Notes under the pieces: model-generated
What the model saw: the letters and a program-made list of their open reading frames with translations, nothing else
Databases searched by the model: none
Told to the model about the DNA's origin: nothing
Source: Desulfobaccales bacterium
Lineage (GTDB): Bacteria > Desulfobacterota > Desulfobaccia > Desulfobaccales > 0-14-0-80-60-11
Assembly: GCA_049696835.1 (NCBI GenBank)
Contig: JBAVUP010000161.1
Span: 8,726 to 72,725 of the forward strand
Direction: 5' to 3'
DNA: 64,000 bases
Position numbers and translations under genes: made by a program
In this document: positions 11,121-20,561 of the stretch, in pieces
Layout of the letters: every line of letters begins with the position of its first letter
How positions within the stretch are numbered: the stretch's first letter is position 1

Positions 11121-11370
11121 ACGCGGACGATTCATCCATATTAATTTATTAATTTTCCTCGCTTAAGTCAACCTTCTGCTGGCCCCCTTCCCTGCCCCCT
11201 CATTGTTTCTTCCCGGGAATCATGGTATTTAATAACCATTCCGCGGCATTCTGTCACGGGATGGCAAGAGCATGTCAACGGAGAGTGCGTCTTACGCACT
11301 ATGAAGAGGCGCGCCAGTCGCGCCTTACGAATATCCTGAATGATCGAAATCAACGGAGGATGAATCAAAT

Positions 11371-12789
11371 ATGGAAGTTCCGGACAAGGACGCACTGCAA
11401 CAAATGTGGGACCGCCTGGCGGTCTCCCCGCAACTGGTGTGGGATGTGGTGAAGGATAACGAGGCTGAACGCCAGGCCATCTTTGCCTACGGCGACCGCT
11501 ACAAGACCTTTCTGGACCGGGCCAAGACGGAACGGGAGGCGGTGGCCGAGATCGAGCGCCAGGCCAGGGCCCTGGGCTTCGTGGACCTGGCCCGCCAGGA
11601 ATCCGGCCCCCGGGCCTTTTATAATTATAAGAACAAGACCATCGTCCTGGTGGTCCAGGGCCGCCGGCCCCTCACCGAGGGCCTCCGCCTGGTGGCCTCC
11701 CATATCGACTCCCCCCGCCTGGACCTCAAACAGTATCCCCTCTATGAAGATACGGACCTGGCCTTCCTGAAGACCCACTACTACGGCGGCATCAAGAAGT
11801 ACCAGTGGCTGGCCCGGCCCCTGGCCATCCACGGGGTGATCCTCAAGGCCGACGGCTCCCACGTGCCCCTCACCATCGGCGAAGAACCCGACGACCCGGT
11901 CTTCACCGTGCTGGATCTCCTGCCCCACCTGGCTAAGAAGGTCCAGATGGATAAAAAGGTGGCCGACGCCTTCGAAGGGGAAAAGCTCAACCTCCTGGTG
12001 GGCTCCCTCCCTTTAGGCACTTCCGAGACCAAGGAGCGCGTCAAGCTCCATCTCCTCAAGTTCCTGGAAGACCGTTACGGCATCCGGGAGGAAGACCTGG
12101 TAAGCGCCGAGTTGGAGGTGGTGCCGGCCGGCCCCGCCCGGGACCTGGGCTGGGACCGCAGCCTGATCGGCGCCTATGGCCAGGACGACCGCTCCTGTGC
12201 CTACGCCTCTCTGGCCGCCATCTTCGACGTCCAGGAGCCGGAACACACCTGCCTGGCCTTCTGTTACGACAAAGAAGAAATTGGCAGCGAAGGCAACACC
12301 TCGGCCAAAAACTGCCTCCTGGACGAAATCGTCGCGACCCTCCTGGAACAACGGGGTGAAAGCCCCCTGGCCCGGCGACGGGCGCTCATGGCCAGCAAGG
12401 CCCTCTCCGCCGACGTTACCGGGGGTCTGGACCCGGACTTCCCCGAGGTCCATGAAAAACGGAACGCCGCCCGCCTCGGCTACGGCGTCTGCTTCCACAA
12501 GTACGGCGGCAGCGGCGGCAAGTACCACACCAGCGACGCCAATGCCGAATACGTCGCCTGGATTCGCAAAATCTTCCAGGAGCACGGGGTCATCTGGCAG
12601 GCCGGGGAGTTGGGCAAGGTGGACGAAGGCGGCGGCGGCACCATCGCCAAGTTCCTGGCAGTGCACGGCCTGGAGATCATCGACTGCGGCACGCCCTTGC
12701 TGTCCATGCATTCGCCCTTTGAAGTCGCCTCCAAGGCCGACCTCTACATGACCTTCAAGGCCTACCGGGCCTTTTTCCAGGCGGGGTGA
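11371..12789 (+). CDS. M18-family aminopeptidase
   Basis: Motifs SHIDSPRLDLK, DKEEIGSEG, SADV..DP and LSMHSPFEV are typical of M18 zinc aminopeptidases. Confidence 0.85.
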   Translation: MEVPDKDALQQMWDRLAVSPQLVWDVVKDNEAERQAIFAYGDRYKTFLDRAKTEREAVAEIERQARALGFVDLARQESGPRAFYNYKNKTIVLVVQGRRPLTEGLRLVASHIDSPRLDLKQYPLYEDTDLAFLKTHYYGGIKKYQWLARPLAIHGVILKADGSHVPLTIGEEPDDPVFTVLDLLPHLAKKVQMDKKVADAFEGEKLNLLVGSLPLGTSETKERVKLHLLKFLEDRYGIREEDLVSAELEVVPAGPARDLGWDRSLIGAYGQDDRSCAYASLAAIFDVQEPEHTCLAFCYDKEEIGSEGNTSAKNCLLDEIVATLLEQRGESPLARRRALMASKALSADVTGGLDPDFPEVHEKRNAARLGYGVCFHKYGGSGGKYHTSDANAEYVAWIRKIFQEHGVIWQAGELGKVDEGGGGTIAKFLAVHGLEIIDCGTPLLSMHSPFEVASKADLYMTFKAYRAFFQAG

Positions 12790-12963
12790 TCCCGGCGCGT
12801 CAGATCACCATTTGGCAGAGGCGTGAATGATCCTGCGGGGCGCCATGTATAGCGCCCCTGGATTGGCGCAGCAACCCATGAGGGGCTGGTGCGCACTTGC
12901 AACTTTACGCAAAAATGCTAACCTTAATACCAGTTGGTTTTCACCCGCCTTGGAACTGATATT

Positions 12964-13545
12964 ATGGGCAAATTTTTTTCCCGTTTTCAAAAAGATCCAT
13001 CGGACCCTGCGGTTGCCTCCCTGGGGAATCTGGCCAATTTTTACAGCCTGCTGATCTTTCTCATCGCCATTCCCTTCGTGCTCATCATCGCCCTGGTGTG
13101 GGTCACCGGCATCCTGGGCTTCAACGCCTATATCTTCGCGGGCTTCGCCTGCGTGTTGGCCTTTGCCCTCTGGCGCCTTTATCGCGGTTGGGGGGCCATC
13201 AAGGCCAAGATGGCGGCCCAGACCGGCGATTTTCAGGACCTGATGCGGGCGGCGACCAAGAACGGCAAGGACGTCGAGATCTCCCTGATGAACGGCGTCC
13301 TCACCCTGCGCTACTCCGGCGCCGACCGCCTGGCCCACGCCCTGCCCGCGGCGCGGCCCCAGCCTTTGGCCCTGGAAGGCCCCCTCCGCCTGGAGACCGA
13401 GGCTCCGGCCTATCAGACCTGGCTGCCGCCGGAGCGCCTCCGGGAAGAATTGGAGGAGTTCATCAAGCTGAGGGATGAAGGCGTCATCAGCCCCGAGGAA
13501 TTCGACCGCATCAAGGCCAGCCTGCTGCAACGGATATCTGTCTAA
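12964..13545 (+). CDS. Membrane protein with C-terminal SHOCT domain
   Basis: Two hydrophobic helices are followed by a SHOCT-like C-terminus, EELEEFIKLRDEGVISPEEFDRIKASLLQRI. The start is taken at MGKFFSRF. Confidence 0.7.
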   Translation: MGKFFSRFQKDPSDPAVASLGNLANFYSLLIFLIAIPFVLIIALVWVTGILGFNAYIFAGFACVLAFALWRLYRGWGAIKAKMAAQTGDFQDLMRAATKNGKDVEISLMNGVLTLRYSGADRLAHALPAARPQPLALEGPLRLETEAPAYQTWLPPERLREELEEFIKLRDEGVISPEEFDRIKASLLQRISV

Positions 13546-13892
13546 GCCCGGCGTCGCCGCCGTCCACGGCGGATCACACCCCTTATAATGCAATATATTT
13601 TATTGATAATTATTTTAATATTATATTTGACTATTTAATGAATTTGTTGTACATATTTAACCAAATTAATGAGAGTTTGAATTTAGGCCCCCTTTATACC
13701 GGATGGTTCAAGAGATCCTCACTGCACTCTCCCTGCTGCGGGAACCCCCGGCCAGATCCCCGGCTTCTCCGCCGAAGGCGACTTTGATCCGGTTCCTCGC
13801 CCCAGAGCCAGCTGGCTCCGGAGTTCCGGCCTCATCCTGGCGGGCTTCAGGAGATGTCTCCCATAGCTGCATCATACCCCGAAAAATCAACA

Positions 13893-13923
13893 GGCAGGGA
13901 CCCGTGCCCCTGCCTTTTTTCTT
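13893..13923. terminator. GC-rich hairpin + T-tract (bidirectional terminator candidate)
   Basis: GGCAGGG-N8-CCCTGCC is followed by TTTTTTCTT on the plus strand. On the minus strand it is followed by GTTGATTTTT, 35 nt after the stop of the 13959..14591 gene. Confidence 0.55.
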
Positions 13924-13958
13924 ATCTTGATCGGCTGATGGCGCGCTGGCACCCGGGC

Positions 13959-14591
13959 TCAGACCTCCGGCACCGCCTCCTCCGGCTTGAGCTCTTCCGT
14001 CCCCAGGGCAAAGACCGGGCCGGCGCTGAGCGCCCCTCCCTCCCAAAAGTCCCGACGATAGCGGTAGTAAAGATGCAGGCGCATCAGACCCCGGGCCATC
14101 CGGCGAATGGCGTCGTCTCCCAGGTTGTCCAGGCAGGATTGCAGCAGGACCAGGAAGGCCCCGGGCAGGTAGAAGCCTTCTTTGCCGATGCTGCCGTGAA
14201 AATCCAGGCGGTAGCTGCCTCCCTGAAACTCATACAATTCCGCCTGGTAGGACCTCTCCGGGGGCACGTCGGGTTCCGCCGCCAGCTGCAGTTGGCCCAG
14301 GGGCAGGCGAGGCCGCCGCGGCGGTCCGTCACTGTTCAGCACCCGCCCGCACACCTGCTCCAGAAAGCGGATCAGTTCCCGGGCCGTCCGGACCTCGTTC
14401 AGTTCCGCCAGCTCATAGAGGATCCGGGCATAAACCATGAGGATCAGGGGAATAGTGTCGGCTTCGGGATCCTGGCCGCTCAACCAGGATATCTGGGGAG
14501 TCACCTGGTTTGCGGGGAAGAAGTCGACGCGCACCGTGGCCTTGTGAAGACCTCGATCCTGGCGAAACCGCTCCAGTAGCCGTTTAAACAT
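13959..14591 (-). CDS. Hypothetical protein (210 aa)
   Basis: Protein-like composition with no motif I recognise. The competing plus-strand ORF looks like a shadow. Confidence 0.6.
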   Translation of the reverse strand: MFKRLLERFRQDRGLHKATVRVDFFPANQVTPQISWLSGQDPEADTIPLILMVYARILYELAELNEVRTARELIRFLEQVCGRVLNSDGPPRRPRLPLGQLQLAAEPDVPPERSYQAELYEFQGGSYRLDFHGSIGKEGFYLPGAFLVLLQSCLDNLGDDAIRRMARGLMRLHLYYRYRRDFWEGGALSAGPVFALGTEELKPEEAVPEV

Positions 14592-14881
14592 AAGATAGTT
14601 GGCTTATTTTCGACGGCGTGGCGCTCATAATTGAAAGCCGGGAGCCTCTTGACCCGGCGGCCGCGGCCCCCCAGGCGGCTTTCCGAGGCCGCAGCGCCGC
14701 GAGTCTGAAACTCCCGAAATAATTGGGTAAAAACTCCGTGACATGTTTACCTTACTCAATGACACGGAGAAAGTCAAGAGCTTCGCGGGACCGGAGGCCC
14801 GAGCCCCGAGAAAATTACGGTTTACATACCCATCAAGATATTTTATAAATAATTGATTATCTGGAAGAGGAGGAGGAGCCG

Positions 14882-15283
14882 TTGAGTCCGGCCTCACCCG
14901 CGTTGCCCAAAGGCTTGCCGAACTGCCTCAAGAAAAGGCAACTGCTGGCCGACAAGGTCCTCACCCCGGCCCAATGCCGGGATTATGGCAACCAGTTTCT
15001 GGACCTGGGTTGGCAGGAAGATGCCCTGGAATTCTTCCGGAAAGGCGTGGTCACGGAAGGCCTGGAGGCGCTCAAGGCCTACTGCCTGGAAGCGGGAGAC
15101 GCTTACCTGCTCGGCCGCCTCGGGGAAACGGACCCCGAAGTTTGGCGCCGGCTGGCTGAACGGGCCTTGGCCCTGGGCCAACTCCACTTCGCCCGCCGGG
15201 CCTTCGAAATAGCCGGCGATACCGACAAAACCGCCATGGTCGCCGGCCTTATCGCCGGCCAGAACACGGCCCCAGACCAATAA
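14882..15283 (+). CDS. Hypothetical helical (TPR-like) protein, TTG start
   Basis: A strong RBS (GGAGGAGGAG) lies 4 nt before the TTG. There is a 3-nt gap to the downstream J-domain gene, so the two are probably co-transcribed. Confidence 0.65.
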   Translation: MSPASPALPKGLPNCLKKRQLLADKVLTPAQCRDYGNQFLDLGWQEDALEFFRKGVVTEGLEALKAYCLEAGDAYLLGRLGETDPEVWRRLAERALALGQLHFARRAFEIAGDTDKTAMVAGLIAGQNTAPDQ

Positions 15284-15286
15284 GGT

Positions 15287-16342
15287 ATGTCAGCTCTGGA
15301 TTACTATCGCATCCTGGGAGTGAAGCCCACCAGCACGTTGGAGGAAGTGCGCCGGCGCTACCGCGTCCTGGCCCGGCGGCACCACCCGGACCTCAATCCC
15401 AATGATCCGGAAGCTGCGGCCCGCTTTCGCCTGGTCGCCGAGGCCTTTGAGGCCATCCTGGCGGCCAGGGCCAGAGCCAGGAAACGCCCCCGCAGCCGGA
15501 GCCAGGCCGGCAATTATCGGCGCCCCCGGTTTACCGATAAAGATTCTTTCTTCGCGGAGTTTTTCGGCATCTTCCGGGAAGGCGCCCCCCTGTCCCAGTC
15601 GGCGGGGGCCGATTTCCGCTACGACCTGGAAATTCCCTTTGCTGCGGCCGTCAAGGGCATGGGCACCGTGATTGCGGTGGACCACCATCCACCCTGCGGC
15701 CACTGCCGGGCTACCGGCCTGGCCGCGGGCGCCGACTATGCCGAGTGCCCGGATTGCCAGGGCCGGGGACGGCGGTTCGGCGGGCCCGGCCTCCTGCGGT
15801 TCGGTCCCGTCTGCGAGCCCTGCCGGGGGCGGGGCAAGATCGTCACGCACCCCTGCCGGCACTGCGGCGGCGCCGGCTATCGCCATCTGAGGCGGGAATA
15901 TCAGTTCCGGATTCCCCCGGGCACCCAAGACGGCGCCCGCTTCCGCTTCGCCGGGGAAGGCGGCGTCGGCTTCCAGGACGGCCCCCCGGGGAACCTGGAA
16001 GTGGTGGTCCATGTGGCCCCTCATGCGTTCTTCACCCGGGTGGGCAACGATATTCACTATAAGATCGAGCTGTCCTTTGCCGAGGCGGCCCTCGGGGGCA
16101 CCTTCCGGATCCCCACCCTGGATGGCTCTCAGACCGTAAATCTGCCCCAGGGCACTCGTACCGGCCTGACGTTCCGGTTTCCCGGGGCCGGGGCTCCCGG
16201 CAGCCCTTATCACCCGCCGGGAGATCAGGTGAATGAAGTCGTCGTCACCACCCCGCAAAATTTAAGTCCCAGGCTGCGCTCCCTCCTGGAGGAGTTGGCC
16301 GGCCTGGAGCGGGAGCAGTTCGATAGAGCCGGTCATGAATAG
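15287..16342 (+). CDS. DnaJ-like J-domain / zinc-finger chaperone (no G/F region)
   Basis: The J-domain reads YYRILGVKPTSTLEEVRRRYRVLARRHHPDLNP. There are four Cys pairs: three full CxxCxGxG motifs (CPDCQGRG, CEPCRGRG, CRHCGGAG) and one variant (CGHCRATG). Confidence 0.85.
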   Translation: MSALDYYRILGVKPTSTLEEVRRRYRVLARRHHPDLNPNDPEAAARFRLVAEAFEAILAARARARKRPRSRSQAGNYRRPRFTDKDSFFAEFFGIFREGAPLSQSAGADFRYDLEIPFAAAVKGMGTVIAVDHHPPCGHCRATGLAAGADYAECPDCQGRGRRFGGPGLLRFGPVCEPCRGRGKIVTHPCRHCGGAGYRHLRREYQFRIPPGTQDGARFRFAGEGGVGFQDGPPGNLEVVVHVAPHAFFTRVGNDIHYKIELSFAEAALGGTFRIPTLDGSQTVNLPQGTRTGLTFRFPGAGAPGSPYHPPGDQVNEVVVTTPQNLSPRLRSLLEELAGLEREQFDRAGHE

Positions 16343-16823
16343 TTTTACCCACCTGGATGAATCAGGGCAGATGCGCATGGTGGACGTGGGGCACAAGGCC
16401 GAAACCCTGCGCCAGGCCATGGCCGCCTGCCGCATCGTCGTGGGTCCCAAGGTCTTCCCGCTGCTCGCGGCCGGCCGCCTGCCCAAAGGGGACGTCTGGG
16501 CCGCGGCGCGGCTGGCCGGCATCATGGCGGCCAAGCATACGTCGCAGCTCATCCCCTTGTGTCATCCCCTGCCCCTCACGGGCATCGAGGTGGAGTTCAC
16601 GCCGGAACCCGAGGACTGGGCGGTGGCTATCCGGGCGACGGTCAGGACTTACGCCCGCACCGGGGTGGAAATGGAGGCCTTGACGGCCGCCGCGGTGGCC
16701 GCTTTGACCATCTACGACATGTGCAAGGCGGTGGACCGGGGCCTGATGATTACGGATTTGGTGCTCATGGAGAAGAGTGGGGGCGCCAGCGGTGATTATC
16801 ACCGCGGCGCGGTATCCCCCTAA
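16335..16823 (+). CDS. moaC: Cyclic pyranopterin monophosphate synthase MoaC
   Basis: Contains HLDESGQMRMVDVGHK and TSQLIPLCHPLPLTGIEV. The ATG overlaps the upstream stop. Confidence 0.92.
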   Translation: MNSFTHLDESGQMRMVDVGHKAETLRQAMAACRIVVGPKVFPLLAAGRLPKGDVWAAARLAGIMAAKHTSQLIPLCHPLPLTGIEVEFTPEPEDWAVAIRATVRTYARTGVEMEALTAAAVAALTIYDMCKAVDRGLMITDLVLMEKSGGASGDYHRGAVSP

Positions 16824-16851
16824 TTTATTTTGCCCAGGCCGGAGTTGAGTA

Positions 16852-17214
16852 ATGGAACCTGAACGACTGGAATATTTCCGCCAGCTTTTGCAGGAACGCT
16901 TGGAAGAGATCCTCGGAGAAGCCGATAAGACGCGCAATGACATGACCGGCGCCGTGGCGCCTTTCCCTGACCCCACGGATCGGGCCACCCTCGAGACCGA
17001 CCGCAACTTCACCTTGCGCATCCGGGACCGGGAACGGAGATTGATCACCAAGATCAGGGAAGCCCTGGACCGCATCGAAGCGGGCACCTACGGCTATTGC
17101 GAGCTCTGCGGCGGTGAAATCAACGAAAAACGCCTCAAGGCCCGGCCGGTGACCACCATGTGCATCGCCTGCAAATCCCGGCAGGAAGCCCAGGAGCGGT
17201 CCCGGGGGCAATAA
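16852..17214 (+). CDS. dksA: DksA/TraR-family zinc-finger regulator
   Basis: A coiled-coil N-terminus is followed by the C4 finger CELCGGEI...CIACK. Confidence 0.85.
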   Translation: MEPERLEYFRQLLQERLEEILGEADKTRNDMTGAVAPFPDPTDRATLETDRNFTLRIRDRERRLITKIREALDRIEAGTYGYCELCGGEINEKRLKARPVTTMCIACKSRQEAQERSRGQ

Positions 17215-17312
17215 CCGTTCAGCGCGCCGCCCCTGCGCTCACCCGCTGAGCGGGTTTGCCTCCGCGGCTCTCTGACACCGCGCCGGCATCAGTAACCGTC
17301 ATCATTCCTCTC

Positions 17313-18356
17313 ATGACTCACCCCCTGGATCTGAAAGAATTCACCCTCCCCGAGCTGGAGCAGCTCATGGCCTCCTGGGGCCAGCCCTCGTTCCGGGCCC
17401 GGCAACTGGTCAAGTGGCTCTATAAAGGCGTCGCCGACTTCGAGGCCATGACCGATGTCGCCCGGCCGTTCCGGGCGGAATTGGCCGACAAGGCCCGGAT
17501 CAGCCATCTCACGGTGGAGCAGGTCCGGGTCGCCGCCGACGGCTGCCGCAAATTTCTCTTCGCCCTCGAAGACGGCAACCGCATCGAATCGGTCCTCATT
17601 CCGGAAGACAGCCACTACACCCTGTGCCTCTCTTCCCAGGTCGGGTGCGCCCAGGGCTGCCGCTTTTGCCTGACGGCCCGACGCGGCCTGATCCGCAACC
17701 TCACCGCCGGCGAAATGGTCAATCAAATCCTGGCGGTGCGCCGGGAGCTTACCGACGACCGCCCCCTTACCAACCTGGTGTTCATGGGCATGGGGGAACC
17801 GCTGGCCAATTTCGCCGCCCTGGTGCGGGCCCTCACCACGATCAGCGCCCCCTGGGGGCTCAACTTTTCTCCCCGGCGGATAACCGTGTCCACCGCCGGG
17901 ATGGCCCCCTACATCCCCCGGCTGGGCTTGGAAGCCCGGGCCAACCTCACCGTTTCCCTCAATGCCCCGGACAATGACACCCGCAGCCGCATCATGCCGA
18001 TTACCCGGCGCTATCCCCTGGAGGAGCTGTTGCGCGCCTGCCGGGCCTTCCCCCTGCCCCGGCACCGGCGCATCACCTTTGCCTACGTGCTCTTAGACGG
18101 CCTCAACGACTCCCCGGACCAGGCCCGGCAACTGGCCCGGCTGCTCCGGGGCTTTCGGGCCAAAATCAACCTGATCCCCTTCAACCGCCATCCGAGCCTG
18201 CCCTTCGGGCCGCCGCCCGAGGCCAGGACCCTCGAATTCCAGGATATTTTGCGCCAGGCCAATTATACGGTGATGATCAGGGAGAGTCGGGGGCAGGAGA
18301 TCGGGGCCGCCTGCGGCCAACTGGCGGGGGAGAAAGCGGCTCAACTTACCGGTTGA
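17313..18356 (+). CDS. rlmN: 23S rRNA/tRNA A-C2 methyltransferase RlmN (radical SAM)
   Basis: Contains FRARQLVKWLY, radical-SAM CAQGCRFC, GMGEPLAN and the C-terminal GAACGQL. The ATG at 17313 is preferred over the track's non-ATG start at 17256. Confidence 0.92.
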   Translation: MTHPLDLKEFTLPELEQLMASWGQPSFRARQLVKWLYKGVADFEAMTDVARPFRAELADKARISHLTVEQVRVAADGCRKFLFALEDGNRIESVLIPEDSHYTLCLSSQVGCAQGCRFCLTARRGLIRNLTAGEMVNQILAVRRELTDDRPLTNLVFMGMGEPLANFAALVRALTTISAPWGLNFSPRRITVSTAGMAPYIPRLGLEARANLTVSLNAPDNDTRSRIMPITRRYPLEELLRACRAFPLPRHRRITFAYVLLDGLNDSPDQARQLARLLRGFRAKINLIPFNRHPSLPFGPPPEARTLEFQDILRQANYTVMIRESRGQEIGAACGQLAGEKAAQLTG

Positions 18357-18367
18357 GCGGGTGCGCC

Positions 18368-18397
18368 GGGGTCAGGGATCGGGGGTTAGGGGTCAGG
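18368..18397. repeat. Heptanucleotide array (GGGGTCA-like)x4
   Basis: Sequence is ggggtca gggatcg ggggtta ggggtca gg. It starts 11 nt after the rlmN stop. Confidence 0.8.
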
Positions 18398-18506
18398 TCG
18401 TAGGGCGCGTCTTACGCGCCGACCATGACGGCCATGGGCCGCTGCCCAGACGAATTTTCAGGGCTCATCCAACCCCCGTGAGCTTGCCCCATTCCTGGTT
18501 TTGACT

Positions 18507-18535
18507 GAAACCTGAAACCTAAAACCTGAAACCTG
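18507..18535. repeat. Heptanucleotide array (GAAACCT)x4
   Basis: Sequence is gaaacct gaaacct aaaacct gaaacct g. It ends 2 nt before the stop of the minus-strand gene at 18538. Confidence 0.9.
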
Positions 18536-18537
18536 CC

Positions 18538-18933
18538 TCATTGGGTTCGACTCCAGGGCAGGCTCCCGGCGGGAACCCCCTCCGCTTCCGGGCGGTCCAC
18601 CGCCTGACGGTAGTCCCGCTTGCCGACGCCAACCAGGCGGTCACTCTTAAATACCAGGGGGGTGTAACCGCCCCGCACGGTGTTGCTTTCCTCGAAATCC
18701 ATGCTATGGGTCAGGTAGAAACAGATGGTGTAGTGGCCGCCCCGGTAATCGCCTTCTTCCTTGATCCCGGGCGGGCCCATGATGCCCAGCACTTCCGCCT
18801 CGGTCATCCCCGGCTTCACGTCATTGAGGTGGATATAGTTGGTCCACATGCTCTTTTCGAAGCGCTGATACAATACCCGGTCGCAGCCCGCGGTCAACAT
18901 CGTTATTACCAGTATCAGGTGTAACCAAGCCAT
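18538..18933 (-). CDS. Lipoprotein, BamE/SmpA-OmlA-like
   Basis: Signal peptide with lipobox LTAGC, plus a GMTEAEVLGIMGPPG motif typical of BamE-like proteins. Confidence 0.65.
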   Translation of the reverse strand: MAWLHLILVITMLTAGCDRVLYQRFEKSMWTNYIHLNDVKPGMTEAEVLGIMGPPGIKEEGDYRGGHYTICFYLTHSMDFEESNTVRGGYTPLVFKSDRLVGVGKRDYRQAVDRPEAEGVPAGSLPWSRTQ

Positions 18934-19091
18934 GTGTTTTCTCCCCCGCCCGCCGGGCTAACCACACTATAATACCCGCCGGCGCGCCCGTCAAGCCGGG
19001 GTCTACACTCCCAGGTCGGCATGCCGAGCCGATTATGTGCCTTGGTCCAACGCCAGCTTCTCTTGTTAAGTTTGAGTCCTCATCCCCATCT

Positions 19092-19217
19092 CCTGTTCCG
19101 AAAGGTCTTTCGTGCGTTCTACTCACCATCTGCTTTCGGCCGCGGCGGGCCTGGAGGCCCGCCCTACCGACTTTTCATAGTTTCGGGTGAGCCAAGGGCT
19201 CATGAATTACTGCTTGG
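19092..19217. repeat. ~135-nt structured dispersed repeat, copy 1 of 3
   Basis: Aligns with 36885-37016 and 63117-63256. Shared blocks are CCGAAA(A/G)GTCTTTCGT, GCTTTCGGC, GGCGGGC-loop-GCCCGCC, CCTAC(C)GACTTTTCAT and CATGA(A/T)TTACTGCTT. Confidence 0.85.
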
Positions 19218-19506
19218 AAACATCTGTTGTGGCCCAAGCTCTGCTTGGGCACCTTCATTCAGATTTCATGAATTCAATCACTTGCCCAACGAGATCGCCA
19301 AGCCGGAGCTTGGCCAATCCGTGGGGATGGTAAGCAATTTCTTGGACCCCGATACTGCCTTACGCCGACGCCATACCAACGGCCCCGGAAACCTTCCTAA
19401 AGTCTAGACTTCAACCCCGCAACCCCCATGCTTGCGACCCCAGGGCCAGACCCCGAGAACCCCGGTCACCCCCTCAACGCGCCGGTGCCCCCCCGGGGCT
19501 TCCCCC

Positions 19507-19689
19507 TTACGCCGTGTCCTTCCCACGCGACTCAAAGGGAGATTCGACTTTGCTGGCCCGCTGACGATAAAAAATCTTCAAGCGCAGGCGAATGTAATCC
19601 CCCTCGCGGCCCATTTGCGTCAGGATATGTTCCGTCAGGGGCGCCAATTCTTCGTGAGCTTTGGTGTCGGTGCGCTTGTTACGCGTCAT
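19507..19689 (-). CDS. Possible small protein (60 aa), function unknown
   Basis: ATG preceded by GGGGGAG at 5-nt spacing. The sequence is charged and helical-looking. No recognisable family. Confidence 0.35.
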   Translation of the reverse strand: MTRNKRTDTKAHEELAPLTEHILTQMGREGDYIRLRLKIFYRQRASKVESPFESRGKDTA

Positions 19690-19811
19690 GGAACTCCCCC
19701 AGGTAAGTTTTTCATGAAAACTTCAAGTATTATGCCAGGCCGGCGAGCCCTGCCGTGGCGCCGGGGGCTCAGGTGGGACCCCCGCCCCGGGATTAGCTTC
19801 CCGCGACTTTA

Positions 19812-20561
19812 CTACGCCCTCCGGATTGATTGCAAGAAGTTATCCATGAACCGGCGGAACTCCTGGCCCATCACGGCTTCCTGGGCCACTGCGGCGGTCA
19901 CCATGGCCTCGGGATCGGCTCCCGACCCCTCCAGGGCCCACTCCCCGTCATGCTTGAGCCAGGTGGCCACGTCCACCGCTGCCGCGTGGTTATCATACTG
20001 CAACCCCACCACCCGGGGATTATCGGCCAATCCCAGGGCCTCCACCGGCGCCGCCGCCGATTTGGCCAACAGGCTGACGCCGGCCGCCAGGGGCGGCAAC
20101 ACTCCCTGCCCGTGCCACTTGAACAGCTTGAACTGCCGCGGCAATCCCGTAAATACCGGGTGCGCCAGCCCCGCCGGGGTCAGTTCGCCGGTAATGAAAC
20201 CTACGGATTTCTTCGGCAGAGGGGCCACCTGACACCCCAACACCTGGGCCAGCAACTGGTGTCCCAGGCAAAAGCCCAGATAAGCCTGCCCCGCCGCGAT
20301 CACATCCCGGATGCGGGCCTTCAGCGGGATGAGGTAGGGGAACTGTGCTTCTTCATCCACGTTCGGAGACCCCCCCAAGACAATCATTCCGCCAAAGTTG
20401 TGCATGGGCGGTAAGGGCTCCTGCCAGGCCTGCACCACCCGGAAGGTGACGTTGGCCGAAAGGAGCGCCGCCAGCAGGTGCTGCCCGGGGCCCTCCCAGT
20501 CCATGTGCTGCACGATCATGAGGCTTGTCGCGGCCACGCCTGTTTTCCTCCTTGATGACAT
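19812..20561 (-). CDS. Class-I glutamine amidotransferase-like protein
   Basis: Has the GATase1 nucleophile elbow (YLGFCLGHQLL) and MIVLGGSPNV. The track ORF (to 21122) is an upstream read-through into the pgeF antisense. The start is trimmed to MSSRRKT at 20561; MIVQH at 20519 is an alternative. Confidence 0.8.
   Translation of the reverse strand: MSSRRKTGVAATSLMIVQHMDWEGPGQHLLAALLSANVTFRVVQAWQEPLPPMHNFGGMIVLGGSPNVDEEAQFPYLIPLKARIRDVIAAGQAYLGFCLGHQLLAQVLGCQVAPLPKKSVGFITGELTPAGLAHPVFTGLPRQFKLFKWHGQGVLPPLAAGVSLLAKSAAAPVEALGLADNPRVVGLQYDNHAAAVDVATWLKHDGEWALEGSGADPEAMVTAAVAQEAVMGQEFRRFMDNFLQSIRRA

Noticed and set aside
13703-14046. ORFs 13703..13930 (+) and 13708..14046 (-) in the convergent spacer.
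   Set aside because: They are Pro/Ser/Ala/Gly-rich, have no RBS, overlap a terminator hairpin, and carry no family motif.
19021-19407. A 128-aa plus-strand ORF, and the overlapping 18821..19129 minus-strand ORF, in the spacer after the lipoprotein gene.
   Set aside because: The sequence is made of the dispersed ~135-nt repeat and the double-hairpin fragment. The same DNA occurs in non-coding contexts elsewhere in the window.
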